64,000 nucleotides of DNA from an uncultured Dehalococcoidales bacterium (GTDB taxonomy: Bacteria; Chloroflexota; UBA6077; FW602-bin22). Below are positions 48,208 through 57,459 of this stretch, piece by piece (the stretch's first letter is position 1; each line of letters opens with the position of its first letter). The stretch is from assembly GCA_964536925.1 (NCBI GenBank), contig CAZHZF010000001.1, forward strand, positions 150 to 64,149, written 5' to 3'. The translations under genes and the position numbers were made by a program. Under the pieces are notes generated by a model. That model was not told the DNA's origin, did not search any database, and saw nothing but the letters and a program-made list of their open reading frames with translations.

Positions 48208-49274
48208 GGATAGAGCGGCACGCGGTCGAGTCCGAGCGTCTCGGGAAGGCCCAGCATCAGATTGATGTTCTGGAGGGCGTTGCTCGCCTGCCCCTTCATC
48301 AGGTTATCGATCGAGGAGACGATCACCAGCATTTCGTTGGCGGCATCCACGAAGAGCGAGATGTCGCACAGGTTGCTACCGTGGACCGCCTTCGGCCCGG
48401 GCGCAGTCCCTGAAGGCAGGATGCGCACGAACGGCTCGCCCCCGTAGGTGGCCTGGTAGAGGTCCCTCGCGTCCGCTGGGGTTGTTGCCTGGCGCAAGGG
48501 CGCATAACACGTGCACTCGATACCCCGGGAGATCGGCACGAGATGCGGCACGAACGTCAGCCCGATCGATTGGCCGGCATAGCGACTCAGATGCTCGGCC
48601 GCCTCGGTGCCGTGCTGATGTGCCGCGATCCGATACGGCGTGATGTTCTCGACCCTCTCCGGGAAATGGAAGGTCGGTGACGGTTTCTTGCCGGCGCCGG
48701 AGATCCCGGTCTTGCCATCGACCACGATGCCGCGCGGCTCGACGAGCCCTGCCTTCAGCGCAGGAGCGAGCGCAAGCTCCATCGCGATGGAGAAGCATCC
48801 CGGGTTGCCCACCAGTCGGGCGCCCACGATGTCGGACCGGAAGAGTTCCGGCACCCCGTAGGCCGCCTCGCCCAACAGATGGGGACACAGGTGCGGCTTC
48901 CCCGCCACGGACGGCTGCCGCTCCGCATAGCGTGCGTACACCGCCGGATCGCGAAACCGGAAATCACCTGAGTAGTCGATGACCTTGATGCCTCGGTCGA
49001 GCAGCGCGGGAGCGCTCTGCATGGCGATGCGATCCGGCGTCGAGAAGATGACGATGTCGGCGTCTTCGCCGATCCGCGCCTCCTCCGCATCCTCCACGAC
49101 GCGATCGCAGAAACCGCGCAGGTGCGGGAAGAAGTCGCTGATCGGCTTCCCCACATCGGAACGGGCCAGAAGCGAGGTGATCTCGATTCGCGGATGGCGG
49201 ATCAGTTGCTCGGTCATCCCGAGGCCGCCATACCCGGTCGCGCCGACGATCTGGGCCCTAAAGGTCTCTGCCAT
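48204..49274 (-). CDS. argC: N-acetyl-gamma-glutamyl-phosphate reductase
   Basis: VGATGYGG, VIDYSGDFR, NPGCF, GISGAG and IDNLMKGQASNALQN motifs. Confidence 0.96.
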   Translation of the reverse strand: MAETFRAQIVGATGYGGLGMTEQLIRHPRIEITSLLARSDVGKPISDFFPHLRGFCDRVVEDAEEARIGEDADIVIFSTPDRIAMQSAPALLDRGIKVIDYSGDFRFRDPAVYARYAERQPSVAGKPHLCPHLLGEAAYGVPELFRSDIVGARLVGNPGCFSIAMELALAPALKAGLVEPRGIVVDGKTGISGAGKKPSPTFHFPERVENITPYRIAAHQHGTEAAEHLSRYAGQSIGLTFVPHLVPISRGIECTCYAPLRQATTPADARDLYQATYGGEPFVRILPSGTAPGPKAVHGSNLCDISLFVDAANEMLVIVSSIDNLMKGQASNALQNINLMLGLPETLGLDRVPLYP

Positions 49275-49301
49275 CGCCGGCGATTATCGTTCGGTCTCCC
49301 T

Positions 49302-50543
49302 GTGACTGGCAGCGTTCCCATAGCCGCGCTCCTGAAACGTGTCGTGTCCCCTATCGGCTTCTTCCTCGCGCTCTCTCTCGAGGTGGCCACCGCCCAGGTG
49401 GAGCGGGAGGTGCCGGGCGGCCGCTGGTATTCGCAGACCGGTACGCCGGAGGTCTCCGGGTACGCCGTGGTGGACGATGCCCGGGCGCGGATCTGGAGCG
49501 GGTACCGCGATCTGGGCGGGGTGGAGGCGCTCGGCTATCCGATCTCGCGACGCTTCACCCAGGACGGGTTCATCGTGCAGGCGACCCAGCGCGCGATCCT
49601 GCAGTGGTCCGAGCAGGATGGTGCGCTGCGCGTGACCAACCTGCTCGATCGGCTCGCTGCCGAAGGATTTGACTCCGTCCTCGCCTCGCGCTGGCAGGTT
49701 CCGCCGATGGTGCGCTTCGATGAGAGCGGCCTCCCCTGGACCGATATCGTCGCGGGTCGGCTCGCCCTCCTCGGCCAGGAGAACTCACTGCGCGCGTACT
49801 ACTCAGCGGTGGAGGATCCGCTGACGCGATTCGGACTGCCGACCTCGCCTCCGACCGATCGGGGAAGCCATGTCGCTCTCCGCACGCAACGGGCGTTCCT
49901 GCAACTCTGGAGGGTGGATACGCCCTGGGCGAGGGCTGGTGAGGTCACGGCGGGCCTGGCCGGAACGATCGCGGCCGAGGTCGGATTGGTCCCCGCGGAG
50001 GCGCGGATTCCAGAGGCTCCGTCGGCGACCTCCGCCACACCGTCGCTTCGGGCGGTGGCCGCGCTTCTTCCCGGACCGGAAGTGCTGTCCGCCGCGGCGC
50101 GGACGATCTGGGAGGACGTGTCGCCCTCAGCGACGCAGGCCGGGGTCGTGGTCGCGCGGCGGGCCTCCGTCAACGGCGACCTGGCTAAACCCGAAGTCGC
50201 CACCACGCGACGCCTGATCGTTCAGGTCGCCCGTTATCCGAACGTCTCCGCCGCGCTTGGGGCGTGGTCGCGCGAGAACGCCGCCGGGTGGTCGAACGGC
50301 GATCCAGCGATGAGTCTGACGGGCGTGGCGGACATCGGTGTAGGAGATGCCGGGGTGATCGCCAGGTTGGTCGCGGGGGATGTCGGGTGGAGTGGCCACC
50401 TGGTCGTTTTCCGGCGAGGAGAGGTAATCGCTTCGGTCGCCCTCCTCGCCCCGGGTGGGCCGGGCGACCGAGGGCGCACGGTCGCGATCGCACGAGAGAT
50501 CGATGCTCGCATCGTCAGGGAGGCGGCGGATCCCTCTCCATGA
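49302..50543 (+). CDS. Secreted protein with Chloroflexi-type GG..GYPIS (LGFP-like) repeats
   Basis: Signal-like N-terminus, DLGGVEALGYPISRRF and RFGLPTS repeats. Start codon uncertain. Confidence 0.65.
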   Translation: MTGSVPIAALLKRVVSPIGFFLALSLEVATAQVEREVPGGRWYSQTGTPEVSGYAVVDDARARIWSGYRDLGGVEALGYPISRRFTQDGFIVQATQRAILQWSEQDGALRVTNLLDRLAAEGFDSVLASRWQVPPMVRFDESGLPWTDIVAGRLALLGQENSLRAYYSAVEDPLTRFGLPTSPPTDRGSHVALRTQRAFLQLWRVDTPWARAGEVTAGLAGTIAAEVGLVPAEARIPEAPSATSATPSLRAVAALLPGPEVLSAAARTIWEDVSPSATQAGVVVARRASVNGDLAKPEVATTRRLIVQVARYPNVSAALGAWSRENAAGWSNGDPAMSLTGVADIGVGDAGVIARLVAGDVGWSGHLVVFRRGEVIASVALLAPGGPGDRGRTVAIAREIDARIVREAADPSP

Positions 50544-50582
50544 ATTGCCGAGCGGTACGGCGTGGCAGCTTGGGCCAATAAG

Positions 50583-50612
50583 TTGACACCGCTATTGCCA
50601 ACTCAATAACGT
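50583..50612 (+). promoter_or_regulatory. Promoter with operator-like palindrome upstream of the peptide ABC operon
   Basis: TTGACA-N18-TAACGT; the spacer contains TATTG-CCAACT-CAATA (50593-50608). Confidence 0.55.
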
Positions 50613-50649
50613 GTGCCGATCAGCGAGCCGAAAGGTGGCTCGCGACGCG

Positions 50650-52593
50650 ATGGAGGAGACAAGAGTGACTATCCGAAGACTCGGACGGCGCGGCCTTCTG
50701 GCCGGCGGTCTGGCCATCGGCGCGGGAGCGTTGGTGGCGGCCTGCGCGGCTCCGGCCCCGACCGCCACACCGGTACCGGCGAAGCCGGCCGCGCCCGCCG
50801 CTCCGCCGGTTGCACCAGCAGCCCCGGCGCCCACGGCGACGACTGCGCCAGCGGCGGCGCCCGCCCCGACCAAGCCCGCCGAGGCGCCGAAGCCCGCGGC
50901 GGCTGCGCCGGCCCCGACCAAGCCCGCTGAGGCGCCAAAGCCGGCCGCGGCGGCCACTGGGCGCGGCTCGGCCGGCACGCTGAAGGTCCTCTACTGGCAG
51001 GGCCCGACCATCCTGAACCATGCCCTCGCCGTCGGCACGAAGGACATCCACGCGTCGAGGTTGGTGACCGAGCCGCTCCTGAACTACGACGAGGGCGGGA
51101 ACCTGGTGCCGGTGCTCGCCGCAGAGGTGCCCAGCCGTCAGAATGGCGGACTGTCGGAAGACGGAAAGTCAGTTACTTACAAGCTCAAGAAGGACGTTAA
51201 GTGGGCGGACGGGAAGCCCTTTACGTCCGACGATGTCGTCTTCACGTACAAGTTCATCATCAACAAGGAGACCGCGTCGACGCAGGTAGGATCCTACACC
51301 ACGCTTGCGGATGTCGTGGCTGTCGATCCCTCTACCGTCCGGCTGCTGTTCAAGTCGGCGACTCCGGCCTGGTTCGTGCCCTTCGTCGGCGAGAGTGGCC
51401 AGATCCTCCCGAAGCACGCGCTCGAGGCGTACCAGGGCGCGAAGGCCCGCGAAGCACCGTTCAATCAGAAGTCGTTCGGTACGGGTCCCTACATGGTCGA
51501 CAGTTTCAAGCCGGGCGACTCCGTCATCTATGTCGCGAACCCGAATTATCGTGACCCGGCGAAGCCAGCCTTCGGCCGCGTTGAGATGAAGGGCGGCGGC
51601 GACGCCGTTTCGGCGGCTCGGGCCGTGTTCCAGACCGGCGAGTACGACTTCGCCTGGAACCTCCAGGTGGAGTGGCAGGTCCTCGAGGAATTGACGAAGG
51701 CGGGCCGCGGCACCCTGCTCACGCTGCCGGGCATCGGCGTTGAGTCGGTCCACTTCAATGTGACCGACCCCAACAAGGAAGTCGATGGCGAGAAGTCGTC
51801 TCTCAAGTCGAAGCACCCGTTCCTGACCGACAAGCGCGTCCGGCAGGCTCTCTCTCTGGCAATCGATCGCGACACGATGGCCAAGCAGTTGTACGGCGAA
51901 ACCGGTGTCGTTACCCCGAACGTCCTGACGACGCCGCCGAAGTACGCCTCGAAGGGACCGAAGTACGTCCTGGACGTCGCCCAGGCGAACAAGATCCTCG
52001 ACGATGCCGGGTACAAGCGCGGAGGCGACGGCATCCGCGTTACCCCCGAAGGCGTGAAGATGAAGATCGTCTTCGCGACGAGCATCAACAGCCTGCGCCA
52101 GAAGGAGCAGGCGGTCATCAAGGACGGTTGGACCAAGATCGGGATCGATACCGAGCTCAAGGCCGTCGACGCGAGCGTGTTCTTCGCCAGCGATCCCGGC
52201 AAGCCGGACACCATCAACCGGTTTGAATGGGATGCGATGATGTTCACGTCGACCTTCGGCTCTCCGTGGCCAGCCGGCTACATGGAGTTCTGGTACTCTG
52301 GCGACGTCGCCCGCGATGTGGCTCAGAAGTCGAACCAGTGGGCGGGGGGCAACAGGCAGCGCTGGATCAGCGCCGAGTTCAACAAGCTGTACGATCAGGC
52401 GCAGGTCGAACTCGACGCGGAGAAGAGCACGGCGCTCTGGCACCAGTTGAATGACCTCGTCGTCAACGAGTACATCAGCATCCCGCTGATCGACCGCAAG
52501 CGGGTCGATGCCTATTCGAAGCGGATCAAGGGGCCGAAGCTGGTTCCCTTCGATTCTGATCCGTGGAATATGGGCGACTGGTCGCTCGCCTAG
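50650..52593 (+). CDS. Peptide/nickel ABC substrate-binding lipoprotein (Tat-exported)
   Basis: RRGLL Tat motif and LVAAC lipobox, Pro/Ala linker, then YKLKKDVKWADG.PFTSDDV and FGTGPY (SBP family 5). Confidence 0.93.
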   Translation: MEETRVTIRRLGRRGLLAGGLAIGAGALVAACAAPAPTATPVPAKPAAPAAPPVAPAAPAPTATTAPAAAPAPTKPAEAPKPAAAAPAPTKPAEAPKPAAAATGRGSAGTLKVLYWQGPTILNHALAVGTKDIHASRLVTEPLLNYDEGGNLVPVLAAEVPSRQNGGLSEDGKSVTYKLKKDVKWADGKPFTSDDVVFTYKFIINKETASTQVGSYTTLADVVAVDPSTVRLLFKSATPAWFVPFVGESGQILPKHALEAYQGAKAREAPFNQKSFGTGPYMVDSFKPGDSVIYVANPNYRDPAKPAFGRVEMKGGGDAVSAARAVFQTGEYDFAWNLQVEWQVLEELTKAGRGTLLTLPGIGVESVHFNVTDPNKEVDGEKSSLKSKHPFLTDKRVRQALSLAIDRDTMAKQLYGETGVVTPNVLTTPPKYASKGPKYVLDVAQANKILDDAGYKRGGDGIRVTPEGVKMKIVFATSINSLRQKEQAVIKDGWTKIGIDTELKAVDASVFFASDPGKPDTINRFEWDAMMFTSTFGSPWPAGYMEFWYSGDVARDVAQKSNQWAGGNRQRWISAEFNKLYDQAQVELDAEKSTALWHQLNDLVVNEYISIPLIDRKRVDAYSKRIKGPKLVPFDSDPWNMGDWSLA

Positions 52594-52604
52594 TCCATTG
52601 CGAC

Positions 52605-52641
52605 GGGGTGGTCCGGGTGTGTAACCCGGGCCACCCCATTT
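52605..52641 (+). terminator. Stem-loop between SBP and permease genes
   Basis: GGGGTGGTCCGGGT-GTGTA-ACCCGGGCCACCCC followed by ATTTT. Confidence 0.7.
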
Positions 52642-52663
52642 TCCCCGAGGATCGAGGAACCGG

Positions 52664-53608
52664 GTGACGACCTACCTGCTGCGCCGGGTGAGCATCGCGT
52701 TACCGACGCTGATCCTGATCAGCGCTATCGTCTTTGGCATCCTGGCGCTGGCACCAGGCGATCCGCTGGCGCAGTTCGCGGCGAACCCGGATGTGCCCAC
52801 GGAGGTGCGCGAGAACGTGCGCCGCCAGTTCGGGCTCGATCAGCCGATGCATGTACGGTACGTCAAGTGGGTCGGCTCGATGCTTCAGGGCGACTGGGGA
52901 TACTCCTTCGCCAGCCGCGTGAATGTTCTCACGCTGATCGTTCAGCGCCTCCCTACCACGATTCTCGTGATCGGCACGGCCTATGTCATTGCAATCCTCA
53001 TCGCGATACCTCTCGGCGTGATCACCGCCGTTCGGCAGTACTCCATGATCGATCAGGTTGTCACAACACTAAGCTTTATTGGATTCTCGCTCCCGACGTT
53101 TTTCACCGGTCTCATTCTCATCATCATCTTCAGTGTCAACCTTAACTGGCTGCCGTTCGTCTACGATGCCAACACGACAGATCTCTGGGTGCAGATCAAA
53201 CAGATGATCATGCCGGTCGCGGTTCTGGCGTTGTTCCAGGCCGCGTCGCTGGCCCGATTCGTCCGCGCGTCGATGCTCGACAACCTGGGTCAGGACTACG
53301 CCCGTACCGCGCGCGCCAAGGGGCTGCGCGAGGGCATCGTGGTCGTGCGGCACGTGCTCCGGAACGCCCTCTTCCCGGTCGTCACCCTTATCGCCCTGCA
53401 GTTGCCGAACGTGTTCACCGGCGCCGTCGTGACCGAGCAGATCTTCCGTGTGCCGGGCATGGGTGCCCTGCTCATCAAGTCGATTCAGGACGGCGATACC
53501 CCCGTGGTGATGGGGATCGTCCTCCTCTCCTCGGTGCTGGTCGTCGTGATGACGCTGGTCGCCGATGTGCTCTATGGCGTGCTCGACCCGCGCGTGAAGT
53601 ACGCCTGA
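52664..53608 (+). CDS. Peptide ABC permease (OppB/DppB-like)
   Basis: FGLDQP and DYARTARAKGL (EAA loop) motifs. Confidence 0.93.
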   Translation: MTTYLLRRVSIALPTLILISAIVFGILALAPGDPLAQFAANPDVPTEVRENVRRQFGLDQPMHVRYVKWVGSMLQGDWGYSFASRVNVLTLIVQRLPTTILVIGTAYVIAILIAIPLGVITAVRQYSMIDQVVTTLSFIGFSLPTFFTGLILIIIFSVNLNWLPFVYDANTTDLWVQIKQMIMPVAVLALFQAASLARFVRASMLDNLGQDYARTARAKGLREGIVVVRHVLRNALFPVVTLIALQLPNVFTGAVVTEQIFRVPGMGALLIKSIQDGDTPVVMGIVLLSSVLVVVMTLVADVLYGVLDPRVKYA

Positions 53609-54552
53609 TGGCTCGCGTCGCCGCCTCCTACCCGGCCGCGACCGTTCCCGGCGCCGATTCTGTCCTGGAGTTGCCCGAGCGTACGCTCTGGGGTGATGCC
53701 TGGCGTCGCTTCCTCGCCCACAACCTCGCGAGGTTCGGCCTCCTGCTCTACCTCCTCATCGCCGTCACGGTGGTGGCGGGGCCGCTGATCTGGACGACCC
53801 CGGTCGCCCAGATCGACTTCACGCGATCGAACGCCGGCGTGTCCTGGGATCATCCGATGGGCACGGACGATCTGGGGCGGGACACCTTCGCCCGGGTCCT
53901 GCTCGGCGGCCGCGTCTCGATTGCTGTGGGCATCGCGGCGATGCTCATCTCCATCTCGATCGGAGTCCTCGTGGGTGCCGCCGCTGGATTCTTCGGCGGA
54001 AAGGTCGACCTGGTCCTCTCCCGCGTGATCGAGGTCTTCCTCTCGATCCCGCAACTGCCGCTGCTGCTGGTGGTCACGTACCTGTTCAGGCCGATCTTCG
54101 TGAACGCACTGGGCCCAGAGATCGGCGTGTTCGTGATGATCGTCTCCGTCATCGGCGGGCTCAACTGGATGCCCACCTCACGCCTCGTGCGGGCGGGGTT
54201 CCTCTCGTTGCGGGAAAGGGAGTTCATCGAGGCGTGCCGCTGCCTCGGCGTGGGGCCAGGCCGGATCATCCTGCGCCACATGCTGCCGAACACGCTCAGC
54301 CCCGTCATCGTCTCGGCGACGCTGGCGGTCGGCGCGGCGATGATCGCCGAGGCGACGCTCTCGTTCCTGGGCCTTGGTTTCCCGCCGGACTTTCCGACCT
54401 GGGGGCGGCTCCTCAACGACGCCCAGAACTACATCACGCTCAATCCGCTGATGGCGATCTTCCCGGGCACGTGCATCTTCCTGGCGGTGCTCTCGGTCAA
54501 CTTCGTGGGTGATGGTCTGCGCGACGCGCTGGATACGCGTCGCGCGGTGTGA
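53608..54552 (+). CDS. Peptide ABC permease (OppC/DppC-like)
   Basis: HPMGTDDLGRD, FIEACRCLG, EATLSFLGLG and GDGLRDALD motifs. Confidence 0.93.
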   Translation: MARVAASYPAATVPGADSVLELPERTLWGDAWRRFLAHNLARFGLLLYLLIAVTVVAGPLIWTTPVAQIDFTRSNAGVSWDHPMGTDDLGRDTFARVLLGGRVSIAVGIAAMLISISIGVLVGAAAGFFGGKVDLVLSRVIEVFLSIPQLPLLLVVTYLFRPIFVNALGPEIGVFVMIVSVIGGLNWMPTSRLVRAGFLSLREREFIEACRCLGVGPGRIILRHMLPNTLSPVIVSATLAVGAAMIAEATLSFLGLGFPPDFPTWGRLLNDAQNYITLNPLMAIFPGTCIFLAVLSVNFVGDGLRDALDTRRAV

Positions 54553-54555
54553 CGG

Positions 54556-55836
54556 TCAGTCCAGCCGAAAGCGGGCGAACAGGTTGTAGCGCGGGCTCAC
54601 GATGACCGTGACGCGGTACGGTCCGGCGCTGGCGAACGTCTCTGGCGCCTCCAGGGGGATATCGACAGTGCGCACCGCCCGAGGCGGGATCAGGTTGCGC
54701 GGCATCGATTCGCCCGAGCTATACGCGAGGACGCCGGCCGCATCGACGACATAGAAGTCGCGGTCCTGGCCGGTGGGGTCGTCGAGGGTGGCGCCCACCA
54801 CGAGGGGCCGCGTCGTCCGGTTCTCGGCGCTGAGGCGCAGCGTGACGCGCTTGGAACGATTCGGTCCGCTCGCGGTAGTGAGGGAGAGCGCGGTCAGCGA
54901 CCAGATCTCGCCGACCTCGACACGCTGCTCCGGCCCGCGCATGTCCGCCGCGTCGGTCGCGCGCAGGATCCCGGAGGCGCGCTCGCCGTGCCGTAACGGG
55001 ATCGTCCGGCTGACGCTTCCCGCGTCGATCCCGAAACGCACCCTCAGCACGAGCGGATCGACCGCCGCGGCGGGGAGCGGGAACACATAGGTCAGATCGA
55101 TCGCATCGCCCGGGGCGGACAGGAAGTTGAAGCTTCCGTTCTCCTCGCCGGTCGCGCTGAGAAACCCGCCACCATATTCGTTGCCACTCGCGTCCTCGAT
55201 GCGCAGGGTCAGCGTTGGCGGCTCCACGAACTGGATTGGCTGCAGCACCGCGCTTCGTTCGCCGCTCGCCTGCGACCGCGGTGGGGGAGACTCGCGGGTC
55301 AGTGGGATCGAGAGCGTCGCCGCACGCGACCCATTGTTCTTGATCGAGAACGTGATGGCAACGCGGCGTCCCGTCGCCGACGGCGCGATGTCGACCGCGG
55401 TGACCACGAACTGCCAGGCATCGGACTCGATCGTGTCGCCGACGCGCGCCGCCCCCGAACCCGCGGCCCGGGCCGCCGGCGCGGCGGTGGGCGTCGCGAT
55501 CGGCGTGGCCGGCGCGGCAGGGGGGATTGCCGGGATGGGGGTGGACACGCTGCCGGGTTGGTTCGGCGGGGGTGTTGGCGCAGCGGCCGCGGGGGGTGGA
55601 GGCGGTGCCGCGCCGATCGCCGCTGTGGTGCCAGCCGGACGCACCGCCGCGGCGACGAAGAGGCCCAGAGGACCGATGAGACCGCTCGCCACAAGCGCCC
55701 AGAAGAGGATCGCGAGGAGGGTGACGAGCGCGAGCGTCGTGCCAGCGAAGAACCAGACCGCGACCGACCGGCCGCCGGTCGCCGGGCGATCGGTCATCCG
55801 TCGAGGATCGTAGGGCGGTCCATCCGGCGCGGACAA
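54556..55836 (-). CDS. Membrane-anchored protein with Pro/Ala linker and two Ig-like (DUF4352-like) beta domains
   Basis: N-terminal TM helix, PPPP/ATP linker, and VGDTIESDAWQFVVT...VAITFSIKNNG repeated as VGEIWSLT...VTLRLSAENRT. Confidence 0.65.
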   Translation of the reverse strand: MSAPDGPPYDPRRMTDRPATGGRSVAVWFFAGTTLALVTLLAILFWALVASGLIGPLGLFVAAAVRPAGTTAAIGAAPPPPPAAAAPTPPPNQPGSVSTPIPAIPPAAPATPIATPTAAPAARAAGSGAARVGDTIESDAWQFVVTAVDIAPSATGRRVAITFSIKNNGSRAATLSIPLTRESPPPRSQASGERSAVLQPIQFVEPPTLTLRIEDASGNEYGGGFLSATGEENGSFNFLSAPGDAIDLTYVFPLPAAAVDPLVLRVRFGIDAGSVSRTIPLRHGERASGILRATDAADMRGPEQRVEVGEIWSLTALSLTTASGPNRSKRVTLRLSAENRTTRPLVVGATLDDPTGQDRDFYVVDAAGVLAYSSGESMPRNLIPPRAVRTVDIPLEAPETFASAGPYRVTVIVSPRYNLFARFRLD

Positions 55837-55890
55837 CTTAAGCGGAGTGTCCGACCGAGGATCGGCGGATCGGCGGTACCGCGCCGTGAG

Positions 55891-56784
55891 TCAGCCCGGC
55901 AGCGTCTCCCAGCGCCACGCGTACCCACCCTCGGACCGCACAATGCGGCCGAAATAGGGCGGCCCGGCGTGGCCGAAGGTGCAGAGCGCCTCCGCCGTCT
56001 CGACGCGCTCGCACACCATCGCGCGCGACCGACGCGCGGTGACGAGATCGACGCCCCGCGGCGCCCAATCCTGGTGCTCCACCTCACAGGCGAAGTGGAA
56101 GAGATCGGTCAAATGGAAGAACGGTCGCTCGCCGGTGGTCACCTCCACAATCGCGTGGCCGGGACTCTCACCCGGGCGATGGCGGACCCACAGGTCCGAC
56201 GCGACCTCAGCGTCGCCCTCGACGAGATCGAGTTGCCCGTGAGCCTCCACGCTCAGGAGGTGCCGCGCGGCGAGGCCCAGTGGATCATCGCCACCGCGCG
56301 CGGGCTCCCACTCCCGCCGCTGCAGGACATAGCGCGCACGCGGAAAACGGGGTGCCCGCTCGCCATCCCGCACGACCGTGCAGCCATCGATATGGTCGCC
56401 GTGGAGATGCGAGAGGAGTACGTGCGTCACGTCGTCCGGGGCGATCCCGAGCAGTCCGAGCGCGGCCTCTCGTCCGGCGGTTCGCTCCAGGCCATACGCG
56501 GGCCACGGGCCATCGTCCAATGGCTCGCCAAAGCAGGGGTCGACCAGGGCCAGAGAATCGGCGCCCTGGATGAGGACGCAGTTACAGGGAATCGAGGCGC
56601 CGCCACGCTCGTCCGCCGATGGCACCACCGCGCGCCACTGATCGAGCGGTACCGGACTCCCGTCGCCCCGGCGCACATCCGGTTCCCAGCGGATATCGCC
56701 CTCGCGAATGACCGTGATCGTGAACGGCCCGACCTGCCGCGACGCAATGAACTCCGCGGCGGATTCGGATGGATCTACGGACAC
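55891..56784 (-). CDS. MBL-fold metallo-hydrolase (AHL-lactonase/MPH-like)
   Basis: SHLHGDHIDG (HxHxDH), PGESPGH and TDLFH motifs. Confidence 0.88.
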   Translation of the reverse strand: MSVDPSESAAEFIASRQVGPFTITVIREGDIRWEPDVRRGDGSPVPLDQWRAVVPSADERGGASIPCNCVLIQGADSLALVDPCFGEPLDDGPWPAYGLERTAGREAALGLLGIAPDDVTHVLLSHLHGDHIDGCTVVRDGERAPRFPRARYVLQRREWEPARGGDDPLGLAARHLLSVEAHGQLDLVEGDAEVASDLWVRHRPGESPGHAIVEVTTGERPFFHLTDLFHFACEVEHQDWAPRGVDLVTARRSRAMVCERVETAEALCTFGHAGPPYFGRIVRSEGGYAWRWETLPG

Positions 56785-56815
56785 GGTGCGCGTCCCCGAC
56801 GATGGCCTGCGTTCG

Positions 56816-57214
56816 TCAGCGTTCGATCCGACTCCGCACGTAGGTCTGGAAATTCGCGGTACGCGGCACGCCGTCCTCGCTCAGACGCACCTTGAGAAAC
56901 TCGTGTTCGTCCATCCCATCGCAGGGGTCGTCAGGATCGTCCCAGCATTCCTCACAGCGCACAGCGTTACAGCTGAAGCACCGCGAATAGGGGATCAGCA
57001 CGTTCACCTGACCGCCGACGGTCTTCTGCTCGGTGACCTTCTTGCAGAGGCCGCAACGCGCGGTTGTGATCACGTCAGGTCGTATCGCCACTTCGACCTC
57101 GCTTCCGACGGTTTCGCCACCACCCTCGTCCGATGGGGAGCCCTTGAAGGCACGCGCAACCGCCCACTGTTGACGGCTCCCGCGCTGTCGGATCCGCTGC
57201 CTGCCGCGTGCCAT
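56816..57214 (-). CDS. Small Cys-rich zinc-finger protein with Arg-rich N-terminus (132 aa)
   Basis: CGLC, CFSC, CEEC, then C and HEF. ATG 57214 lies downstream of a perfect minus-strand TATAAT (57248-57253). Confidence 0.7.
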   Translation of the reverse strand: MARGRQRIRQRGSRQQWAVARAFKGSPSDEGGGETVGSEVEVAIRPDVITTARCGLCKKVTEQKTVGGQVNVLIPYSRCFSCNAVRCEECWDDPDDPCDGMDEHEFLKVRLSEDGVPRTANFQTYVRSRIER

Positions 57215-57459
57215 CGCATCGCTCAGCGTCTCTCTATGGTCCCACCGATTATAGAGCAGCGGTAGCACCCTCCTGCCCACAGCCAGCCGGGCATGACGTT
57301 CCCCGAACGCCGACGCGCTCGGCCCCCGATGCGTGCATGCGACCATCGGTCGCCCCTCGCACGCGCGCGTGAAGAGCGGCGTGACCCTCTTATGCCTTTC
57401 GAACAGGCCATCGGCGAGCGCGAGCATTGACGTAACGGCTGCCTTCGCACAATCGGCGC

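Noticed and set aside
57296-57309. GTTC-CCC-GAAC as a third LexA box
   Set aside because: Half-sites are in the wrong order with wrong spacing.
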